Positions 45,580 to 55,178 are shown, counted from the first letter of the stretch. The stretch is 64,000 nt of DNA from an uncultured Acidobacteriota bacterium (GCA_963815655.1 CAWFHK010000001.1:1997813-2061812); one strand, 5' to 3'. Translations and numbers: made by a program. Notes: a model not told the origin generated them from the letters alone.

Positions 45580-47205
45580 CTAACGCCGGTTCAGGTAGAC
45601 GTTCCACCCCCCACGATCGTTTAGTCGGTAGGAGGCAACGGTCTTTGACAGGACGATGTCGGGACGCCCGTCGCCGTCGAGATCGGCGAACCGGATGCAC
45701 TGGCCGGGCGAGTCGAGCTTCGGTTCCTCGCTTTCGTCCATCTCCCCGAACGTGCCGTCCGGATGCTGGAAGAAGATCCTCAACCGGTCGAGCTCGCTGT
45801 CCGCGAAGGCAACGTCGTCCAGGCCATCCCCGTCCAGATCCCCCATCGCAAGCGCGTATTGGGCGCTGCGGCCCGATTTCTTCCGCCAGACCCGGTGGCG
45901 CGTCCAGGTCCCCTTCTCGTAGCTGTAGAGAGTGATGCCGGTCGCGCGCGCCACCTCCGGTTCGTTGGTCATCATGTAGTAGGCGTCGGCGAAGGTCGGG
46001 ATTCGGGCCTTTCCCAGGGTGCCCGGCACCGCGGCGAAATGGTAGGAGTAGACCTCGAGCTCCGGGAAACGGACCGGTTCGAAGCGGCCGTTGCCCGTAT
46101 TCCTCCAGAGGAGCGTATTCGCTCCGATGAAGTGGCTTCCCGACAGAATGTCCTTTCGGCCGTCACCGTCGAAATCCCAGCCGGCCAGCGAATTGGAGTA
46201 GAGGCCGACGAAACTGTCCGGCTCGTACTGCCACCCGTCGGCACCCCGATAGAGATAGACCCGGACCTGGTGCGTGTCCGTCGGGCCGCCGCTGTCCGTC
46301 GCGGCGACGATGTCGAGCTTGCCGTCTCCGTCCGCATCGGCGAGCACGACGGCCTGCGAAGAGAAGTCCCGAGTCGGAAGCCCCCGGCGCACCACGCGAA
46401 ACGTTCCCTTCCCATCTCCGAACAACGCCACCACGCCGGCGCCATGAGAAGCGGCGACCACGTCCGCGCGGCCGTCCCCGTCGATGTCGCCGACCGCGAC
46501 TCCACCGTAATCGAGGGAGAACGCGGAGTTGGGACTTCCGTCCTCGATGAAGTTGAGCCCCCAGGCCGAAAAGTGCCCCTTCCCGTCGCCGAGCCAGATG
46601 TGGAGCCTCGACTCGCCCAGCCGCGAAGGGGGAGCGACGATGTCGGGAATCCCGTCTCCGTTCATGTCCGCGATGACGAACGACGCGCGCCACAGGCCGC
46701 TCGACGGCAGGCCGGCCGCCGAGACCTCCTCGAGCCGGATGCGGCCCCGCTCGCGTGCCGGCGAGAGGTCTTCGAAGTCGGAGAGAGCCGGGCCGGCCGG
46801 AGTCGGCGTCGTTCCCGGTATGGATGGGACGGCGGAGGACGCGGTCGTTTCCTGGCCGGCGGGTGTGGGAGTGGGAGACCGCTGCAAGGCCTTCTCGATC
46901 GCTTCCGACTCAGCGTTTCGCTTGTACGTGTAGACGTAGTAGTACTTATCGTCCTCCTTGAAGAATTCCACCGGATGGGGGATCAGCATGTGCCGGAAGT
47001 GCCTGTCGTCGACTCGAATGTACTCGTCCTTGGGAAACCGCTCGACGATGTGCATGTCGTCCTCTTCGATGATGTTCGGGTTCGTGCGGGACAGCGGCGG
47101 CTTCGTCGGCGTCGGCGGCGGCAGGGACGCTCTCGGAGTCGGCGCCGTGCACGCGAGGGGCATCAACAAGGCCGAGACGAGCAGGCAGGGTCGGATGAAC
47201 TTCAC
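45580..47205 (-). CDS. FG-GAP/VCBS-repeat exported (lipo)protein
   Basis: GTG start with AGGAGG 9 nt upstream; signal MKFIRPCLLVSALLMPLAC; multiple DxDGDGxxD FG-GAP repeats. Confidence 0.75.
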   Translation of the reverse strand: MKFIRPCLLVSALLMPLACTAPTPRASLPPPTPTKPPLSRTNPNIIEEDDMHIVERFPKDEYIRVDDRHFRHMLIPHPVEFFKEDDKYYYVYTYKRNAESEAIEKALQRSPTPTPAGQETTASSAVPSIPGTTPTPAGPALSDFEDLSPARERGRIRLEEVSAAGLPSSGLWRASFVIADMNGDGIPDIVAPPSRLGESRLHIWLGDGKGHFSAWGLNFIEDGSPNSAFSLDYGGVAVGDIDGDGRADVVAASHGAGVVALFGDGKGTFRVVRRGLPTRDFSSQAVVLADADGDGKLDIVAATDSGGPTDTHQVRVYLYRGADGWQYEPDSFVGLYSNSLAGWDFDGDGRKDILSGSHFIGANTLLWRNTGNGRFEPVRFPELEVYSYHFAAVPGTLGKARIPTFADAYYMMTNEPEVARATGITLYSYEKGTWTRHRVWRKKSGRSAQYALAMGDLDGDGLDDVAFADSELDRLRIFFQHPDGTFGEMDESEEPKLDSPGQCIRFADLDGDGRPDIVLSKTVASYRLNDRGGWNVYLNRR

Positions 47206-47284
47206 AGGACCTCCTCTTACCGGATTCGAGTCTCGAATTCCGCCGCTCCCAACCGCCGCCGCCGGCGCATTCTTCCCTGCGCGC

Positions 47285-48073
47285 TCAGAGCAGGTCCGCA
47301 AAATGCGGCCGGGCCCGCAGGAACAGCGCCGAGGCCAGAACGACGGCGACACCGGAAAAGACCGTCAGGTACAGGACCGACGCGGCTTCGGGGAAGACGT
47401 GCAGCGTAAAAGCGCGGCGATACCACTCGACCAGGTGCGCGATCGGATTGACCGCGAGGATCCAGCGGTAGCGCGACGGCATGAGGCCGGCCGGATAGAC
47501 GATCGGAGTCGCGTAGAAAAGGACGGTCAACGCGATGCCGATCCCGTGCGCCACGTCTCGAAGGAAAGTCGTGACCGTCGCCGCGAAGCACGCGACTCCG
47601 AACGTCAAGGTCGTTTGAACGAGGAGGGCGGGCAGCGCGAGGAGTGTCCACGGAAGGGAGAGGTGTCCGAGCCAGGCGAGGTAGATCGCGAAGATGCCGA
47701 AGGCGATGACCTGGTTGACAACCGCCGCCAGGACGACCGAGAGGATCAGAGTCTCCACCGGGAAGACGGTCTTCTTGACCATGGCCGCGTTGTCGGTCAG
47801 GACCGACGAGGCCCGCCAGATCCCTTCCTGGATGGCCATCCAGGGCAGCAGCCCGGCCAGCAGGAACTCCGGAAAGCCGGCAAACCCCTTCTCGACCGGG
47901 ATCCGGAGGATCAATCCGAAGACCCAGGCGTAGAGCAGGAGCCAGAGAACCGGCTGGCCAAAGGCCCAGAAGACACCCAGCCCCGAGCCGGCGTACCGCG
48001 CCCGGATGTCCCGCACAACCATCTCTTTAAGGAGAAAGAGGCGGGCGGAGAGTCTTTTCCTGTTGCTTGACAT
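47285..48073 (-). CDS. wzm: ABC-2 type polysaccharide/O-antigen export permease (Wzm/KpsM-like)
   Basis: 262 aa with 6 TM segments and an ABC-2 signature region (LNPIAHLVEWYR). Confidence 0.8.
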   Translation of the reverse strand: MSSNRKRLSARLFLLKEMVVRDIRARYAGSGLGVFWAFGQPVLWLLLYAWVFGLILRIPVEKGFAGFPEFLLAGLLPWMAIQEGIWRASSVLTDNAAMVKKTVFPVETLILSVVLAAVVNQVIAFGIFAIYLAWLGHLSLPWTLLALPALLVQTTLTFGVACFAATVTTFLRDVAHGIGIALTVLFYATPIVYPAGLMPSRYRWILAVNPIAHLVEWYRRAFTLHVFPEAASVLYLTVFSGVAVVLASALFLRARPHFADLL

Positions 48074-48123
48074 CGGGGGCGGGATTATAGTGGCCGGAGT
48101 TTATGATGCAATAACATTTTCCG

Positions 48124-48528
48124 GTGACCCAAATGTCGTCCCCTCATTCTCCGCGCAAAGTCCAGCTCGTCGGCTCTCGCATCCGGGAGTTGCGCAAAGG
48201 ACACCACCTGACCCAGACGGAGCTGTCCGAGAAGATCGGGATCGCTCAGTCCGATCTCTCCCGGATGGAACAGGGAGAGTACAAGGTCGGTCTCGACACG
48301 CTTTTCAAGATTCTCCACGTCTTCGACCTGAAGATGGGAGAGTTCTTCGGCGAAACGGAGAAAGCCGACGACGCGGAGGCCCGCGAGCTCGTCGCCGAGT
48401 TTCTGGTTCTCTCGGACGAGGCGCAGCGCGAGGTGCGTGATTTCGTCCGTTTCAAGAAGTCGCAGCAGCAGGAAGAGAAGCCCGCGGCGGACTCCTCCGG
48501 CGCGCCGAAAGAGGAAGAAACATCTTGA
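48124..48528 (+). CDS. XRE-family (Cro/C1-type) HTH transcriptional regulator
   Basis: IRELRKGHHLTQTELSEKIGIAQSDLSRMEQGE HTH_3 motif; locally lower GC (~60%). Confidence 0.75.
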   Translation: MTQMSSPHSPRKVQLVGSRIRELRKGHHLTQTELSEKIGIAQSDLSRMEQGEYKVGLDTLFKILHVFDLKMGEFFGETEKADDAEARELVAEFLVLSDEAQREVRDFVRFKKSQQQEEKPAADSSGAPKEEETS

Positions 48529-48568
48529 GTTCCGCCCGCGAGCCCCTAGAATCGTGCAAGCGACTCTC

Positions 48569-49471
48569 ATGAGCGAACGCCGGAAACATTTGGAGTTTCT
48601 CCGCAAGACCGCCAGGGAGGCGATCTGGGCCGGGGACTACGAGCGCGCGCTGACGCTCTACGACGACGGGCTCTCGCTCGCCCGCTCCTGGAAGGACCGC
48701 GATCTCGAGGACCTCTTCACCTGCAATCGCGCGACGACCTTGATCGAGATGGACCGCCAGGATTTCGATCTGTCGCGACTGAAGGAAATCCTGATGAGGA
48801 GCCCGTCGACCTACAACGGAGCGCTCGCCGGGTACGTCGCCGCCAACGCCCACGAGGCCCGGGGAGAGTACGGGCGCGCCCGCTTCTACGCTCAGGCGGC
48901 GTTGACGCGAAGCCGCGAGCTTGGACTCGAGGAGCTGACGGGGACGTCGCTCAATCTTCTGGCAAACCTGGAGCTTCACGAGGGACGATTCGAGTCGGCG
49001 CGCGATCTCTTCCAGGAGGCGGTCGAGCGATTGGAGTCGGAAGGCGAGAGCCTGTCGCGGCAGTCGGCCGTGGCCGCGGACAACCTGGGCTACTGCCACA
49101 TCGCCCTGGACAACATGGATCTCGGGCTTCCGCTGGTCCACCGGTCGCTTTCGGTGCTCGAGAGCCTGGGCGCCCGGCAGGCCATGGATTATCCGGCGCT
49201 GGATCTCTGCTTCGCGCACGTGAAGATGAGCCGGCTGGACGAGGCGGAGAGCTGGGGAGTCCGCGCCCTCGGCCTCGGCAAGGAGTTCGGTCGCGAGGAT
49301 GTCGTGAAGAACTCCCACTACCTGTTGGCCGAGACGTACTCGGAGATGGGGCGGACGTCGCGCGCGGACGAGCAGTACGAGGCGCTGGCGAGCTACTACC
49401 CGGACTTCCCGACCCTGAAGAATTACCTCCGCCAGATCAGCCTGATGGAAGTCATCAACTTGCGAGCATGA
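48569..49471 (+). CDS. TPR-repeat protein
   Basis: AREAIWAGDYERALTLYDDGLSLARS... repeated TPR-like helices; the stop overlaps the next start (ATGA). Confidence 0.65.
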   Translation: MSERRKHLEFLRKTAREAIWAGDYERALTLYDDGLSLARSWKDRDLEDLFTCNRATTLIEMDRQDFDLSRLKEILMRSPSTYNGALAGYVAANAHEARGEYGRARFYAQAALTRSRELGLEELTGTSLNLLANLELHEGRFESARDLFQEAVERLESEGESLSRQSAVAADNLGYCHIALDNMDLGLPLVHRSLSVLESLGARQAMDYPALDLCFAHVKMSRLDEAESWGVRALGLGKEFGREDVVKNSHYLLAETYSEMGRTSRADEQYEALASYYPDFPTLKNYLRQISLMEVINLRA

Positions 49472-50571
49472 TTCTGATGACGCGCCGCGTGTTCCGCTCT
49501 TTCCTGGCCACCGCAGCCTTCGCGCTGGCGGCCGGGGTGGCGCTCGCCTCCGGCAGCGCGTCTTCCACGGCGAGCCGGGAAGAGAAGTCCCTTCTCGCGT
49601 CCGACGGGACTCTCTACTCTGTCCGCTCGGGATACGCGTCGGACCTGGGACTCGTCGACGGCAGCGCGAGTGCAAACGACTATGTCGTGGCATGGAGCTT
49701 CCGCCGGCAGGATGGGAGCGTGGGCCAGGGCTTCGTTCCGGACACGGTCAGCCACAGCTTGAAGAGCGACCTCCAGCTGGCCTACGACGATCCGACGGGG
49801 TCCCTCGTCCTTCTCTGGAAAGAAGACTTCACCATCTTGAACGTCCTGCGGCTCGGAATCTTCCGGGATGGCGTCTGGACGCTCGCCAATCTCCTGCCGA
49901 ACCTCGGTTTCGCGCACGCCTTCAACCCTGAGATGCTGCTTTCCCACCAGACGGTCAGCGTCCAGGACGCCGACGGCGCCTCCGTCTCCCACCTGCGCAC
50001 GATCCTTTCGGTCATCTGGGTGGAGGAGGCGCAGTCCGTGCAGGCCCGCTATGCCCCGATCTTTCTGGACGAAATGTCCGACGCCAGCGATGTGAAGGTC
50101 TACGACCTGCCGGCGGCGGTTGGCGGCGGCGGAGGCCCGACCCTCTCCGGTGATCGGGCCCGGGGAGCCTACATGTTCCCGGCGCTGCAGCTCGAGGGAA
50201 TCGGCGGGGCGATTCTCGCGAGCTTCGCCGATCTGGCCTCCGGAAAGCACTACGTTGTCCGCGTGACGTTCCCGAGCGAGCTCGGCAAGCCCGGGCCCGA
50301 CAACGTGACGTGGCAGCGGCGGCGCATCCCGGTCGTCGGCGTCGCCTCCGAGGGCCCGATCTCCGACAGCGTTCCTTCAGGAATCGACCGCGTGACGACG
50401 ATGATCGGAGCGTCCTACCACCCGACGATCGTCTGGCGCACGGACGACTCGGTGGGCTTCAGCCGTTTCGACGGCTCGGCATGGTCGGTCGCCAGAACGA
50501 TTCCGCTCGACAGTTCCATGACCTACGACCGCGCGCTGCGCCTCGTCCAGGAGATGGCCACCAGGAACTAG
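49468..50571 (+). CDS. Exported hypothetical protein
   Basis: Signal peptide MTRRVFRSFLATAAFALAAGVALASG; no recognised domain. Confidence 0.6.
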   Translation: MILMTRRVFRSFLATAAFALAAGVALASGSASSTASREEKSLLASDGTLYSVRSGYASDLGLVDGSASANDYVVAWSFRRQDGSVGQGFVPDTVSHSLKSDLQLAYDDPTGSLVLLWKEDFTILNVLRLGIFRDGVWTLANLLPNLGFAHAFNPEMLLSHQTVSVQDADGASVSHLRTILSVIWVEEAQSVQARYAPIFLDEMSDASDVKVYDLPAAVGGGGGPTLSGDRARGAYMFPALQLEGIGGAILASFADLASGKHYVVRVTFPSELGKPGPDNVTWQRRRIPVVGVASEGPISDSVPSGIDRVTTMIGASYHPTIVWRTDDSVGFSRFDGSAWSVARTIPLDSSMTYDRALRLVQEMATRN

Positions 50572-50589
50572 CCGACGCTCCGCGTCGGC

Positions 50590-50682
50590 GGTTTCAAGTT
50601 CCAGGTTCCAGGTTCCAGCCGGCCACTCGGGAGAGACACGTCTCCGGCCTCACGTGAAACTTGAAACTTGAAACCTGGAACG
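50590..50682. repeat. GTTTCA-family palindromic hairpin (copy 2) between convergent genes
   Basis: ggtttcaagttccaggttccaggttccag ... tgaaacttgaaacttgaaacctggaacg. Confidence 0.7.
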
Positions 50683-50698
50683 TGCCGCGCAGCGGCGC

Positions 50699-51709
50699 TC
50701 ACAGACCCTTGGGCAGGTCCTTCCGCACCGGTTCATCGTAGAGAGAATCGAGAAGCGTCGCCGCATCGAGTCCCGCCGGCGTCACGGTCCTGGGGACGAC
50801 GACGCGAATCGTGTAGATGTGGTCTCCGGTCTGGCCGGTCCGTGGGTTGCGCACCCCCTTCCCTCGAAGCCGCAGCTTCTGGCCGCGCGTGCCGGGCGGA
50901 ATCCGGGCACGCAACGTCCCGTGGACCGTGGGCACATCGACCTCGGCCCCGGCATAGGCCTCCTTCACGGTGACGGGCACGATGCCGTGAATGTCGTCCC
51001 CGCGCCTTTCGAAGTAGGGATCGGGGGTCACGCGCACCGTGACGTAGAGATCTCCCGTCCCCCCTCCGCGCGATCCGGGCCTCCCCTTGCCCGGGACCCT
51101 CACGGTGCCGCCGTCCTCGGTTCCCTCGGGGATCTTGATGCGCACTGTCTCCACATCCCCGACCCGCCCGCGTCCCCGGCACACCGAGCACACCTCCCGA
51201 CCGAGCCTTCCGGTTCCGTGGCAACGCGGGCATTCCTTTTCGCGCCGGAGAGAGAGGGAGGCCGTCCCGCCGAGCACCGCCTCTCGGAACGGGATCTCGA
51301 TGGTCCCTTGCGCGTCTTCCCCTTTCTCCGGTTCCGCCCGGCGCGCTTTCCCGCCGAAGAGATTGCCGAAGAGATCGCCCAGGTCGCCCCCCTCGAATTG
51401 GAATCCTTCAAAGGTGGTCCCCTGGAAGCCGCCTCCCGGCGCACCGCCGAAGCCCCCGGCGGAAGAGGGATCGAATCCCATCGACGGTCGCCCGGCGTGC
51501 CCGAACCGATCGTAGGCCCGGCGCTTCTCCGCGTCCCGCAGGACGTCGTACGCCTCCTGGACCTCCTGGAATCTCTTCTGCGCCGTCTTGTCGCCCGGGT
51601 TGACGTCGGGATGGAGTTTTCGAGCCAGGCGCCGATAGGCCTTCTTGATGTCGCTCTCGGAGGCCTCTTTCGATACCCCAAGGACTTCGTAGTAGTCCCG
51701 TTTTTTCAT
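50699..51709 (-). CDS. J-domain chaperone (DnaJ/CbpA-like, reduced zinc-finger)
   Basis: DYYEVLGV...HPD J domain, Gly/Phe-rich region, [16 protein letters not shown] zinc motifs. Confidence 0.8.
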   Translation of the reverse strand: MKKRDYYEVLGVSKEASESDIKKAYRRLARKLHPDVNPGDKTAQKRFQEVQEAYDVLRDAEKRRAYDRFGHAGRPSMGFDPSSAGGFGGAPGGGFQGTTFEGFQFEGGDLGDLFGNLFGGKARRAEPEKGEDAQGTIEIPFREAVLGGTASLSLRREKECPRCHGTGRLGREVCSVCRGRGRVGDVETVRIKIPEGTEDGGTVRVPGKGRPGSRGGGTGDLYVTVRVTPDPYFERRGDDIHGIVPVTVKEAYAGAEVDVPTVHGTLRARIPPGTRGQKLRLRGKGVRNPRTGQTGDHIYTIRVVVPRTVTPAGLDAATLLDSLYDEPVRKDLPKGL

Positions 51710-51746
51710 GCGTTTCCGTGATTATAGCGGCGCCGAAAATAAGCTA

Positions 51747-51774
51747 TTGACACTCCAAGGCGGTCTAATATTAT
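51747..51774 (+). promoter_or_regulatory. Candidate sigma-70 promoter (TTGACA-16 nt-TATTAT) for lrp
   Basis: Hexamers read from the AT-rich divergent intergenic region, ~45 nt upstream of the lrp ATG. Confidence 0.35.
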
Positions 51775-51818
51775 TAGCCGCAAGCGAGCAGTCTTCTAAT
51801 CTTATAAGGGCGACGGGG

Positions 51819-52295
51819 ATGAGCATCGACGATATCGATCTCCGGATTCTGGACATGCTCCAGCGCAACGGGAAGCTCTCGCAGGCGAAGATCGCCGGCG
51901 CGGTCGGTCTCACGACGCCATCGGTCAACGAGCGGATCAAGAAGATGGAGCGCCACGGAATGATCCGGGGCTTCGTCGCTCTGCTCGATCACGAGAAGAT
52001 GGGCTTTCCCCTGACTGCTTACGTGGATGTCGCGCTCGAGCACCCACGCTACGAAAGAGCATTCGTGGACGACCTGGAGAAACTTCTCGGCGTTCAGGAG
52101 TGCCATTACCTCGCCGGAGAATACGCGTATCGCCTGAAGGTGAAGGCCGTTTCCACGGCCGCTCTCGCCGACTTCCTTCAGCACCGCCTGATGACCATCA
52201 AGGGAGTGACTCGCGCCCGCGCGGAGATCTCCCTCTCCTCGAAAAAGGAATCCACCCTCCTCCCCCTCGCCGTCCCCCCCGAAGAAAAGAAATAG
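51819..52295 (+). CDS. lrp: Lrp/AsnC-family transcriptional regulator
   Basis: MSIDDIDLRILDMLQRNGKLSQAKIAGAVGLTTPSVNERIKKME HTH_AsnC followed by a RAM domain. Confidence 0.85.
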   Translation: MSIDDIDLRILDMLQRNGKLSQAKIAGAVGLTTPSVNERIKKMERHGMIRGFVALLDHEKMGFPLTAYVDVALEHPRYERAFVDDLEKLLGVQECHYLAGEYAYRLKVKAVSTAALADFLQHRLMTIKGVTRARAEISLSSKKESTLLPLAVPPEEKK

Positions 52296-52356
52296 TTTCA
52301 GGCAAGTTTCAAGAAACCAGAGCGTTCCTGGAACCTGAAACCTGGAACTTGAAACC
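52296..52356. repeat. GTTTCA-family palindromic hairpin (copy 3)
   Basis: gtttcaggcaagtttcaagaaaccag ... ctggaacctgaaacctggaacttgaaacc. Confidence 0.7.
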
Positions 52357-52373
52357 TCGGCTCAAGGGAGGGC

Positions 52374-52417
52374 GTCCGCCCGGCTTTCGCCGGACGGATC
52401 GGCCTATCGGCCTTTTT
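52374..52417 (+). terminator. Hairpin (GUCCGCCCGGC-UUUC-GCCGGACGG) plus GGCC-UAUC-GGCC-UUUUU; candidate terminator after lrp
   Basis: Stem-loops and a T5 tract read from the sequence. Confidence 0.45.
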
Positions 52418-52604
52418 GGCGGGAGCCTCTGCGTTAGAGAGGAGGGACTGCCGGGCCGCGCTTCAGCGCGGTCGGAGAGTGGGGATTTTGTTGGCAGGAG
52501 GCAAGCCAGTTGCTTTTCATAGCTTGCCTCCGGCAAGTGCAAACGATGTGCCACCGCGGAACACGGGTCCCCTTTGTCTCTGACCCGGGAAATCCGGTGC
52601 GGAA

Positions 52605-53240
52605 CTAGAAGCGATAGGCGAATCCGGCGTTGGCCGTTACCAGAGAGCGGCCCGATGAAGAGCGAATGTTGTGGTACGTCAGGCGAACCATGAGACTGAG
52701 GCGCGAAACGAGACGGACGCCTCCATCCACTCCCACATGCCACCCGAACACGGTCTCACGCGGGTCCCTGTAGTTCGCGACGGACGGGTCAACCGCATCG
52801 GGGCGAATCGTGTATCCACCCAATCCCGCGAAGAGCCCGGACGTGTATCCCCGCTCGACGAACTCGTAGGAGACTCCGATCGTGCCGTAGTCCACCTGGT
52901 TCGTCAGGTCCGGAAGGGTGATCGAAGGCGAGAAGAGTTCCGGCGTCACGACCCGACCCGCGTTGACGCCTTTCATTCGCAGCCTGCCGAGAGTCGCCCG
53001 AACGACGACCTTGTCCTGGACCTCGTAATCCACCCAGGCATTGAGGTCCCTGGGCTCGAACTCATCGATGTGAACCCGATCCGACACGTCGTTGACGAGT
53101 CCGATCGCGGCCCCCACGTTGATGCTCTGAGCCAGGGCCGGGGCGGCTGCGAGAAGGATCAGAAGGCCGAATCCGATTTTTCTCTGAGGGAACACAGACA
53201 CCTCCGGGACCAGTCTACGGCCACAGGTTTCGGGTTCCAA
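52605..53240 (-). CDS. Outer-membrane beta-barrel protein (OmpW/OmpA-like small porin family)
   Basis: Signal peptide ...RKIGFGLLILLAAAPALAQS and a C-terminal GFAYRF beta-barrel signature. The more likely start is GTG near 53195 (GGAGG upstream) rather than the track's TTG at 53240. Confidence 0.65.
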   Translation of the reverse strand: MEPETCGRRLVPEVSVFPQRKIGFGLLILLAAAPALAQSINVGAAIGLVNDVSDRVHIDEFEPRDLNAWVDYEVQDKVVVRATLGRLRMKGVNAGRVVTPELFSPSITLPDLTNQVDYGTIGVSYEFVERGYTSGLFAGLGGYTIRPDAVDPSVANYRDPRETVFGWHVGVDGGVRLVSRLSLMVRLTYHNIRSSSGRSLVTANAGFAYRF

Positions 53241-53338
53241 GGTCCGGGGATCGAGAACTCACCCGATACTCGAACCGCGCAACTCGAAACACCCTTAGAA
53301 TCGCCCTCTCCGATGCTTACGGACAGCCGGAGCGATTC

Positions 53339-54142
53339 GTGGAGGAGAATCTGAACCCGCTCATCCGCTCGGCCGCCAATTTCCTGTTCCCCTCGCTCTG
53401 CCTCGCCTGCCGCCGGGGCGCCGTCGAGCGCTTCTTGCGCGGCGGAGTCTGCGAGATCTGCTGGGAAACTCTGCCGATGCCGGAGGAGTCGCGTTGCGAT
53501 ATCTGCGACGAGCCGCTCCCTCCGCGCGAGCGAGTCGGCGAATCTCCGATTTTCCCATCCCTTTCGAATGTCGCTCGCTGCGGGCGTTGCCTGCTGTCGC
53601 CCCCCCCCTTCCGCAGCCTTCGCGCCGCTGCTCCCTACCGCGACTCGGCGCGCGCCATCCTCATCGCCTTCAAGTTTGGAGGCGCAGACTATCTCGCCCC
53701 GTGCCTGGCGAGGATCATGGCGTCGCGCTTGGCCACTTCCGCGACTTGGGACGAAACGGCGGCCGTGCCCGCGACCTCCGGCGCTCGCCGACGGGGCGAT
53801 CACGCCGCCGATCTTCTCGCGGCCGCCGTGGCGAAGCGCCTGGGAATCCCGCTGTCTCCGCGAAGGCTCGTCAAGATCCGTTCGACCGAACGCCAGAGCG
53901 GACTCCCCCTCGTGCGCCGCGCCCAGAATGTTCGCGGCGCCTTTCGCGCGCGCGCCGGAGCGCCGCGCCGCGTTCTCCTGGTGGACGACGTGGCCACTTC
54001 CGGCGCGACCGCGAGGGAATGCGCTCGCCTCCTGCTCGCGGAGGGCGCGCGCGAAGTCGACGTCTGGTGTTTCGCGCGCGCCTCGCGCGACGACGCGCTC
54101 GCCGCGGACCTCCGCGGCAGGCCCCCCGCAAACCGCCGATGA
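53339..54142 (+). CDS. comF: ComF-family protein (phosphoribosyltransferase domain)
   Basis: N-terminal Cys4 zinc ribbon (CLACRR...CEICW) and a C-terminal PRTase motif LLVDDVATSGAT. Confidence 0.75.
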   Translation: MEENLNPLIRSAANFLFPSLCLACRRGAVERFLRGGVCEICWETLPMPEESRCDICDEPLPPRERVGESPIFPSLSNVARCGRCLLSPPPFRSLRAAAPYRDSARAILIAFKFGGADYLAPCLARIMASRLATSATWDETAAVPATSGARRRGDHAADLLAAAVAKRLGIPLSPRRLVKIRSTERQSGLPLVRRAQNVRGAFRARAGAPRRVLLVDDVATSGATARECARLLLAEGAREVDVWCFARASRDDALAADLRGRPPANRR

Positions 54143-55041
54143 AGCTTCTCAACGACCTCATCGTCAGGACTCTTCCGCTCGTCCCGAGCCGCCTGGTCCG
54201 CGGCGTCGCTTCGCGCTACGTCGCCGGAGAAACGCTCGACGACGCCGTCAGGACCGTCCGCCAGCTGAACTCCGAGGGATGCATGGCGACTCTGGACGTG
54301 CTCGGCGAGGACGTCACGCGGATCGCCGAAACTGAGCCGACCGTCGCGGAATACGGCCGCGCCCTGCGGGCCATTGCCGAGCATGGGCTCGACTCGAACG
54401 TTTCCGTCAAGCTCACGGCCCTGGGCCTGAAGCTGGACCCGCGCCGGTGCCGTGAGCACTTCAACACGATCCGGGAAACGGCGCGCGCGCACGGCGATTT
54501 CGTGCGGATCGACATGGAAGATTCCTCGGTGACCGAGGAGACGATCCGCATCTTTCTCGAATCCCGGAAGCTCACCGACGACGTCGGGCTCGTTCTCCAG
54601 GCCTACCTGCGGCGCAGCCGCGACGACGCGCGGCGCGCCGCGGCCGTCGGAGCGAACGTCCGCGTCTGCAAGGGAATCTACGTCGAGCCGCCGGACATCG
54701 CGTACCAGGGGCGCGAAGAGATCCGGGACAACTTCATCGCGCTCGTCGATGACCTTTTCGAGGCGGGGTGCTACGTCGGGATCGCGACGCACGATGAAGT
54801 CCTGGTGACGAGAGCGCTCGAAACCATCCGGCGGCGAGGCGTTCCCCGCGATCATTACGAGTTCCAGATGTTGCTGGGAGTGGCGGCGAACCTGCGCCGC
54901 GAGCTCGTTTCCTCAGGTCACCGCCTTCGCGTTTATGTGCCGTACGGACGTTCCTGGCGCGCGTATTCTCTGCGGCGCCTGAAGGAGAATCCCGCGATCG
55001 CCGGGCATGTGCTGAAGGGTCTCCTGACCCGCGGCCGCTGA
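54139..55041 (+). CDS. Proline dehydrogenase (monofunctional PutA-like)
   Basis: ATG overlaps the comF stop (ATGA); PRODH TIM-barrel motifs (VSVKLTALG, RIDMEDS, VGIATHD). Confidence 0.8.
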   Translation: MKLLNDLIVRTLPLVPSRLVRGVASRYVAGETLDDAVRTVRQLNSEGCMATLDVLGEDVTRIAETEPTVAEYGRALRAIAEHGLDSNVSVKLTALGLKLDPRRCREHFNTIRETARAHGDFVRIDMEDSSVTEETIRIFLESRKLTDDVGLVLQAYLRRSRDDARRAAAVGANVRVCKGIYVEPPDIAYQGREEIRDNFIALVDDLFEAGCYVGIATHDEVLVTRALETIRRRGVPRDHYEFQMLLGVAANLRRELVSSGHRLRVYVPYGRSWRAYSLRRLKENPAIAGHVLKGLLTRGR

Positions 55042-55178
55042 GGCCCGCCATTGGAACGCTGAAGCACGGGTAACTCCCTGGGTACACGCGGTTTTAGGCT
55101 CCCCGCTCAAATCTGCTCGAGGCATTGGCAATTGACACCCGGGAGTCATATACTTCCCCGGGGACACGGGTTCCTTCT

